From assembly GCF_009914755.1 (NCBI RefSeq), contig NC_060931.1: a stretch of DNA of 64,000 nucleotides. One strand, written 5' to 3'. Shown piece by piece: positions 54,800 through 64,000 of the stretch (position 1 is the first letter of the stretch; every line of letters starts with the position of its first letter). The position numbers were made by a program, and so were the translations under genes. This stretch comes from the human T2T-CHM13v2.0 reference genome, Homo sapiens. Below the pieces are notes generated by a model, which was not told the DNA's origin, made no database searches, and saw only the letters and a program-made list of their open reading frames with translations.

Positions 54800-55080
54800 C
54801 AGCATACAGGGTTGGTTAAGAGCACAGTCTGGGGGCCCACTGGCTTGAGTTCAAATCCTTCCATGAGATGTTTTGTGTCTCTGGATAAGTTACTCAACCT
54901 CTCTTACCCCTCAATATTCTCATCAGTGGTGTGGGAGTAACACAGGAGTAGCTTAATATGAGGAGTAGCACCTACTTCATAGAGTTGTTGGGGAGATTAA
55001 ATGAGTTAATATGAATAAAGCAGTTGAACAGTACCTTGCACATAGTTAGCAGTCAGTAGATAGTAGCTAGTATTATTATT
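54800..55080 (+). mobile_element. MIR
   Basis: AAGTTACTCAACCTCTC..CTACTTCATAGAGTTGTTGGGAGATTAAATGAGTTAATA..ACAGTACCTTGCACATAGT core. Confidence 0.7.
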
Positions 55081-55151
55081 TGTATGCACTGCTTCTCTGT
55101 GGCTCTGATTGCCAAACTTTTTAAATCATGAACACCATAGTAAAAAAAAAA

Positions 55152-56437
55152 TTTTTTTTTTGAGACAGAGTGTCACTCTGTCACCCAGGCTGGAGTGCAG
55201 TGGTGTAGGGAAAAGAGAGATCAGACTGTTACTGTGTCTATGTAGAAAGGGAAGACATAAGAAACTTCATTTTGACCTGTACCCTGAACAATTGCTTTGC
55301 CCTGAGATGCTATTAATCTGTAACTTTAGCCCCAACCTTGAGCTCACAGAAACATGTGTTGTATGGGATCAAGGTTTAACGGATCTAGGGTTGTGCAGGA
55401 TGTGCCTTGTTAACAAAATGTTTACAGGCAGTATGCTGGGTAAAAGTCATCGCCATTCTGCAGTCTCGATAAACCAGGGGCACAATGCACTGCAGAAAGC
55501 CATAGGGACCTCTGCCCTGGAAAGCTGGGTATTGTCCAAGGTTTCTCCCCATGTGATAGTCTGAAATATGGCCTCGTGGGATGGCAAAGACCTCGTGGGA
55601 TGGTCCCCCAGCCCGACACCCGTGAAGGGTCTGTGCTGAGGAGGATAGTAAAAGAGGAAGGCCTCTTGCAGTTGAGATAAGAGGAAGGCCTCTGTCTCCT
55701 GCCTGCCCCTGGAAACGGCATGTCTTGGTATAAAACCTGATTGTATATTTGTTCAATTCTGAGATAGGAGAAAAACCGCCCTATGGCGGGAGACGAGACA
55801 TGTTGGCAGCAATGCTGCTTTGTTATTCTTTACTCCACTGAGATGTATGGGTGGAGAGAAGCAAAAATCTGGCTTACGTGCACATCCAGGCATAGTACCT
55901 ACCCTTGAACTTAATTGTGACACAGATTCCTTTGCTCACATTTTCTTGCTGACCTTCTCCCCACCATCACCCTGCTCTCCTACCGCATTCCTCTTGCTGA
56001 GATAGTGAAAATGGTAATCAATAAATAATGAGGGAACTCAGAGACCGGTGCTGGTGCAGGTCCTTGGTATGCTGAGCGCCAGTCCCCTGGGCCCACTGTT
56101 CTTTCTCTATACTTTGTCTCTGTGTCTTATTTCTTTTCTCAGTCTCTCGTCCCACCTGACGAGAAATACCCACAGGTGTGGAGGGGCTGGCCCCCTTCAC
56201 AGTGGCATGATCTTGGCTCATTGCAACCTCCACCTCCTGGGTTCAAGAGATTCTCGTTCCTCAGCCTCTAGCTGGGATTACAGGTGTCTGCCACCACGCC
56301 CAGCTAATTTTTGTATTTTTAAGTAGAGACAGGGTTTCACCATGTTGGCAGCTGGTCTTGAACTCCTGACCTCAGGGATCCGCCTGCCTCAGCCTCCCAA
56401 AGTGCTGGGATTACACATGTGAGCCACTGTGCCTGGC
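55152..56437 (-). mobile_element. AluS split by an LTR5 insertion (pieces 55152-55203 and 56200-56437)
   Basis: The halves rejoin as GGAGTGCAGTGG|CATGATCTTGGCTC. Alu TSD CATAGTAAAAA. Confidence 0.9.
55204..56199 (+). mobile_element. HERV-K(HML-2) solo LTR, LTR5B-like, 996 bp
   Basis: TGTAGGGAAAAGAGAGATCAGACTGTTACTGTGTCTATGTAG...GGGGCTGGCCCCCTTCA. 6-bp TSD CAGTGG at 55198-55203 and 56200-56205. TATAAAA near 55729, AATAAA near 56020. Confidence 0.92.
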
Positions 56438-59400
56438 ATAGTAAAAATATTTTGAGCATACACTTTCAGTAAATGTATATTAATGTACTTTGTAAATTAT
56501 ATAGGCATAAACTATTCAAATATATATTATATATTTAAACATATAAAATAGAATGTATGAGATAAAAAATAAATCTGACATTTCTAGAACTTTCAATATT
56601 TTCTTGTCACACCAAAAAAATTGTGTTGTTCATTTGCTGGAGTACATGCTTTCTCTAGAGACACCTACCCAACAGCACACCTTTGGTTGCCAGTAAATCT
56701 TGATGGCTTACTGGCTGCACAGATCCAGAACATTTTGTAAAAATAAAGGAATTATCTTTAACATATAAAATTTGACAGATGCATAAAAAGAAGGAAAATT
56801 GGAAGAAATTAAAGAACAGAAAGGGTAAGCAGTGAAAGAGAATGTATATTGGGAAAACCAAAAGGAAAGATGACCAGGAAAAGACCAAAACAAAATGTCT
56901 TTGAATTGTACTTGGTAACTAGAATTTATTGAGAAAAATTTTAGAACAGCTTCAGGTTTTAGATTTTCTCTCCAAAATAAAAATGAACCAGGATTGAATT
57001 ACTCAAATGGCAATCAGATATTTTTCTTGTTGCCTGTGGCATAACCCACACTTTTTACATTTCTCTAAGTTTATTTCAAAAAGTGGTGCCTAGTGGCCCA
57101 ATTACCTGGCACTAGTCCAGGGTCCTCTGTGGGGCAAGAAAGGCGGGGGAATTCCTTAAGCTAAAATAATCAGCCAGAAAGAGTTGATGGGTGTCTATTT
57201 GCACAGCCAGCCACCTCACTTTTTGTTCTTAGTCTTTCCCAAGAAAATGACAACTCATAATGTTTACTGTAAGGACAGTCACAGCATCCTATGACCTCTT
57301 CCATTTAAGGATCTCTAAGAAATAAAGAGTTCACGAACTATTATCAGTACTGCTTTCACCTCCCATTTGCGGACATAATAGAATAAGAGGTGATCTAATC
57401 AAGGGAGGCTACCAGTCTAGTGGAAAAAAAGAGAGCCTGGAATCTGAAATTGTATCTATGTGACCAGGAACAAGTCATGTTACCTCAAGTTTCTTCATAT
57501 ATAAGAGGAGAAAGAAAATAACTGTCTACCTATCTCATAGGCCTATTAGAAGATTAAAAGAAAATGTGTATTCCAAAAGCACTTGGAAGACATGGACCCT
57601 GGCTTTTGTCTGTGAACCAGAGAGATCCTGGAACGATCCTATCTATGATGTATGTGATGAGGGCTTTAGGATGAGGAAATATAATGAACAAAATTTAACT
57701 GGAATTGATAGGGAGGGTTATTACAAATTATAACATGGAGAAATCATAGCTCCTGTGAGACATGCCACAGGCCCTTGGTTTATGTCAGGCAAGGCACAAT
57801 GAGCAAAGCCTAGGTGTGTCACATAGAAGAGGGATCAAAAACATATCAAAAACCTAAACATAGGTTTAAAAAACAAAAGAAGCAAACATTCTGATGTTTA
57901 TTTTCCCTTTTTTTAAATTTTTGCCTTCAGACAATCTGACAGTTTTTTTTTTTTTAACTTTTGGCAAGTTTCATCTTACAAAGGATAAACTAATGTTCCA
58001 GGGGCAGCTTAAAGAGTGGGAGAGGGCTCCTACGGATTATCTTCCTTTTAACACATTCTCTTTTAGTTCTGTTCTGTGGATGCTCAACATGAAAAGAACA
58101 GATGTGCACATTCATTTAGCAAGTTCAGCAGTGCTTTAGTTGTCTGAGAGTGGTTCTTCCCCAATGGGAGTGGGCAAGAAGCCAGGACTGGTGTGGGGTG
58201 TTCTCAGCTTCAGCTGTTTTTCGGCCAAGAAAACACAGTACCCATGACTCCAGTATCCCTTGGAACCTTACAGACAATGGGAAACTGACAAACTGTCAAA
58301 TCCCACATCCTTTGAAGTCTAGCAAATTTCTAATTCTTTTGAACTGCCTCCACAATTAGAAACACACTAGTGTCAGGAGCCACAGAGAATACTGTTTATT
58401 TCTTTTGCTCACAGGCTTTGAAGAAAGAATAATGCCTGGGTATCTTGGCAAGAGTTTATCTGTGACTCCCAGTTGATTCCAGGTGTCTTGGGTCTCCAGG
58501 AGTATGTTGTTCTATTATAAAGTTTAGGAAACTATCCTTGGCATGGATAGCCAAGCAGCACAGATTTCCATAGTAAAACTCTTAATTATTCCAGGTTTTG
58601 TAGGGGGTTGCTTTCTCCACAAGCTACCAGATATCCCCACTACCCTTCATTCTACCAGAGGAATTCCTTAGTTTCCTCTCCCAATACCCTGTAAAACACT
58701 TCTAAACCAGAGACCCTCTGGAATCTCCATCATAGACAGTTTAGTCAATTATTTCCTAATCATAACCTGGAGCATTGGATGAGAAGAGAGACTTTGCCAA
58801 GCAATATGGTCAAGAGACAAAAGATCCAAATGTCCGGACGTTCCACCTCCCCATACAAGAGATTTCAGAGCTTCTGCTGCAACAAAGGCCAATGATTAAA
58901 GTCATTTTGGAAAGGAGTCCTCCGTTGCTTCTGTTGCGAACCATAAACACAACTTGTAACCCTAGAGAAGAGGTGGAGTTACTGAAATCTCATGCTTTGA
59001 TAATTACTGAATGACTTAATCTTGGAAAACAAATAGAAATCAATGTTGAGTTCTTTAAAAAAAAATGTTGCTACATGGAGCCAACACATCTAATCCATCT
59101 TTGGCATTACAAGTCAGTATGTGTCAAAGGCTACCAAAATCAACTTTGGTTGAGCACCAGGGGGTGGAGTCTATCAACTGATGAGAATGATTGATGAGAA
59201 TCTTGCACAAACAACATTTATAACTAGTTAGAAAGTTTAGTGATTCAAACTAAGTATTTAAGATCAGAAGAGAGTCACTGGAGAATAATCCAGTTCTTGC
59301 TGTTAGAGCACATGAACTCAACCCTTCTTACACTCCAGAGAGGAATGTGTAGAACAGGCTGGTCATAGGCCATTGTCGGGGAGGAAGATTTTGACTGGAC

Positions 59401-59854
59401 TGTTGCTGAATGAGGTAGGTACTCCTGGGCCTTTCTGACCTGAGTATCCTTGTAGATGTTCCTTACAAATTCTAGGGGTTTCAGTTCCATAGCACAGATA
59501 GTCCAGAGTACAAGACTCAGAACTCTGAACCCTCAGTTTCTACTTAGACTATGCCTGGAGCCACTCAACTTACTGAACATTCCTGGGTCAGACCAAAAGT
59601 CAAATGAACAGCAATGACTGTTGCTCTGTTGTTCTCCCAACTATGAAGTAGCTTATGATTGTGCCACATGGCTGCCGCCCTTCCCAGTCCCTTATGCCGA
59701 ATCCCTCCTCCTCTACCTCCTTTTCTATTTGTAAATCAAGATAAATGTTACCAAAGGGCAAATTTTTAAAATCGAAAGTTTATAATCTAAGAGAATGTAT
59801 CATAAAAGGTTATGAAGATTAAGGGAGAGAAGGAGTATGTTATTTCAAGTGGTA

Positions 59855-60516
<662 letters not shown>

Positions 60517-61259
60517 CTAGAGCAAGATTGAGGGTCTCAAAAAAGACGGGGCCTGAAGAGGACAATGAGAGAAGTGGAGGTTCTAATATCTCTACTGCCG
60601 TTTATACTCCATAAGCCGAAGTCAGATACCTAAGTGATCATCAGACAACAGGGTGCTGACCTAGGTTACACCCTTAAAATTCATCAGTGGTGTCATCTGC
60701 AAGATATTAGTAAACCAGCTTGTGAAGAATATAAGCCACAAACCAGGCAGAAAACACAAGAGAGCAGATGAGGCTGAACCACTACCACAGACTTCCTTCT
60801 TTTGTGTAATTATAAATACTACCCACTGCATTCTGGTTTCAGGGCTTTAAAAAGCAGATGAACTGTCTCTGTTAGAGATACTTTTTTATAATTAACTTCA
60901 GAGTCATTTATTAATTATCTTTTATAGTTAATAAAAATAAGAGGGAGCTATGTTTGGGTTTGGAGAACAATGACGATTATCGAAGTCTGAATCTTCGCCT
61001 CCCCTCCAAACCAGAAAATATAAAGAGAAAAGAAATAAAACTGCACAGGACCCATACATTCATCATTACTAGAACTAAGAGAACAATACATCCTTCAAAT
61101 TACTTGTAGGTAGAGTAAAAACAAATTCAAACAGAGCTCCCTTAGCCTGCCTGCGGCTGCCACAAACCTAAAGATAGAGTGGGAGAGAGAATGCCTAAAA
61201 GACTGTCGTAAGAGTGGAGAGGTGAAGAGAGCTTAGAGGAAACACAGACAAAATCATGC

Positions 61260-62147
61260 CATATTAAAAAAACTGTTTTTTTCTCTATAGTCACACCACT
61301 CTCAATACTTCCAGAACACTTCACTTCTGATACCAGATGTGTGGGTTTTTCTATACACTGACCAATTCTGTGACACCAACTGGATGTTCTACAATTTAAT
61401 TCAACTCTGACATTAACTGGAGTTAGCACAGACCCCACAGGTTAAGAGCCCAATCCCAGTAGATTTCAGATGCCAATCGCAAGTCCCAGGTTGTCACTTG
61501 GACTTCTGATGAACCAGCTATATATTAGTGTTCCCATAACTACCTCCTTGGGCTTGATAATTTGCTAGGACAACTCAAATAATTCAGGGAAACATGTTTA
61601 CCAGCTTATTATATAATAAAGGATACCAATGAACAGCCAGATGAAAAGGTACATAGGGCTAGGTGTAGAGGTCCTGAGTGCAGGAACTTCTGTCCCCACA
61701 GAGTTGGAGTGCACCCCTCTCCTGACATATGGATGTGTTCGCCAACCTGGAAGTACTCTAAACCCTGTAGTTCAGGGATTTTTATGGGGGCTTCGTCATA
61801 TAGACACCATCAATTATTAGCTCAATCTCCAGCCCCTCTCCCCTTCCCAAAGGATGGGGAATGGAGCAGAAAGTTCCAAGATTCTAATCGTGGCCTGGCC
61901 TTTCTCATGACCAGCCCCCAACCAAGAACTCACCAAGAGTCACCTCATTAGAACAGAAGATACACCCAGGAAACTCCAAGGAATTAGGAGTTCTGCATCA
62001 GGAACCATGGTCAAAGACCAAATATTAGAACAAAAGATACCTATTACCCCTATTGCTCAGAAAGTTACAAGCCCTTTAAGGAGCTCTGTGCCAGGACTGT
62101 GGATAAAGACCAAGATATATATATTTCCTATAAATCACATACTCACA
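61260..62147 (-). mobile_element. MER21-like LTR
   Basis: CACTTCTGATACCAGATGTGTGGG..GTTAGCACAGACCCCACAGGTTAAG..GACCAAGATATATATATTTC..CACA. Left boundary approximate. Confidence 0.75.
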
Positions 62148-63029
62148 AGAAGAGAAATTTTGACAACAGTAAGTGCCAAAATACTGAATAGATCTTGGTA
62201 GTTCATAGGGCTTGAAAGCGGGGACACCACCAACATTCCTGGCAGCCAAGTCAGATGCATGGACATCGTCTTTAACCACATCTTCACACTCATCCCTCAT
62301 CTGAACTATCAACAATTTCATGGATTTTGCTATCTAAATGTTCATGTTCTCTAATCCATTTCCTTCTCCCCAGCCTCCCTGTTACTTCCCTTGTTCAGGT
62401 TGCTATCCTGTCACCCCTGGACTATAACAAAAACCTCTTAGATTCCTACCTTCACTCTCCTTTTCCCCTTCTGCTCTTCAATGTAACTTCCACTTTCCTC
62501 GTTAAAGTGATTTTTCTGACAGATAAACTTCCCTGGCATTCCCATGCTGGATTAGGTACCTCGCCTGAATCCTCCCATAGCCTCCTACATACCTTTATCA
62601 CAGCATTATGACTAAAAGCATCCTTTTGGAATTAGACATTTTATACACTAGCTCATGTACTTACCTGTTTCATGACTTGGGAGAAGTTTTTAACCTCTTG
62701 GAACCTCCAGTTTGTAAAATGGAATTAAAAGTATTGCCTACCTCATAAAGTAGGAAATTAATACATGGAAAATACAACAGTGCCTGACATGTAGTAAGGG
62801 CTAAATTGATATTAGCTGACAACCACCACATAGTATTGAATTTTTCTGCTTATATATCTGCCTAACCCACTAAACCTAGCCTCATCATTTAAAAAAAAAT
62901 TATAATGATTTCTGTTTTCAAAAAACAAACAGATTATCCATGTCCTCTACATGGAAAGTCTAATCCAAAATGTTTTGTGTTCAATCACTGAGCAAGATGG
63001 TCACATTTTCACAAAATTAATTAATCTGA

Positions 63030-63380
<351 letters not shown>

Positions 63381-63599
63381 CTAATTAATCATCTAAGCTC
63401 TTTCCAACTTGCTAATTGCAAATAATACCCCAGTGTTGTACTAAGGAAGCTTAAGAATCGTTCCTAAGCTTAATGGACATGACCAAAGTGCCTGAACTTT
63501 GGGACAGCCACAGGCCACCTATGCAAGCACAGCCAGCCCACCAGGCTGCAGGGTAGAGAGCACAAACAGCATTTGCTTATGACAGCCACAGGCTCAATG

Positions 63600-63950
63600 C
63601 TCACTGACGGTGGCTGTCTGCCTGCCCAGCTAACCTGTAGTTCTTCTGTATGGCCTACACTCTAAGAATGGTGTTTATATATTTTGAATGGTTGAAAAAA
63701 AAGCAACAGAAGAATAATATTTCATGATTATGTGAAAATGATATGAAATTCAAATTTTCAGTGTCCATAAATAAAGTTTTATTGGAATACAGCAACTCTC
63801 ATTTATTTACATATTGTCTATGGCTGTTTCTATGCTCAATGGCAAAGTTGGGAAGTTGCGACAGAGACTGTATGGCCTGCAAAGCCTAAAACAGAAACTA
63901 CCTGACCCTTCAAAACTTTACAGGAAAAAAAAAAAAGCCTACCCCTGCTC
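63600..63950. mobile_element. MER58B-like hAT element
   Basis: AAATAAAGTTTTATTGGAATACAGC..ATTGTCTATGGCTG..GACAGAGACTGTATGGCCTGCAAAGCCTAAAA. Confidence 0.75.
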
Positions 63951-64000
63951 TAGGGTGCAAGCTCCTGTCTGCTTCACAATTGTAGTCACTGTAGGGGAAT

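Noticed and set aside
55109-55756. ORFs of 99-151 aa
   Set aside because: Chance frames across Alu and LTR5 sequence with no recognisable protein.
59151-59170. CTCF-like motif TGAGCACCAGGGGGTGGAG
   Set aside because: It mismatches the core at key positions and cannot be supported without ChIP data.
58775-59490. ORFs at 58775 (+) and 59275 (-) as pseudogene fragments or FBXL13 exons
   Set aside because: No leucine-rich repeat pattern and no similarity that I can recognise.

Overview
Human (primate) genomic DNA, not microbial; a consensus-like AluYa5 points to Homo sapiens. The window holds the convergent 3' ends of two genes that I recognise as the 7q22.1 pair. FAM185A (+) contributes its last two coding exons (4009-4143 and 24973-25085; AATAAA at 25885). 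FBXL13 (-) contributes its last three coding exons (49674-49540, 38886-38723, 30214-30025; leucine-rich repeats plus C-terminal tail). The rest is intronic or intergenic and dominated by transposable elements: L1PA, L1PB and L1M LINEs, about 25 Alus, solo LTRs (LTR8-, MER39-, LTR47-, LTR5B-, MER21-like, MaLR) and DNA transposons. I see no evidence for a new multi-gene biological system. The best hidden structure is a SMARCA5 (SNF2H) HAND-SANT-SLIDE processed pseudogene in the last FAM185A intron. It is split by an Alu and by a 7-kb nested stack (ERV1 LTR > near-full-length L1PB > Alu), and every junction can be rebuilt from target-site duplications (TSDs). Other notable items: a U6/L1MA chimeric retrocopy, a tailless 5' U6 fragment, an internally deleted L1 that forms an in-frame 203-aa mini-ORF2, a hairpin-templated insertion scar in an L1, a HERV-K LTR inside an Alu, and a (GGAA)16 microsatellite. 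Repeat subfamily names come from memory of consensus sequences and need RepeatMasker/Dfam confirmation.
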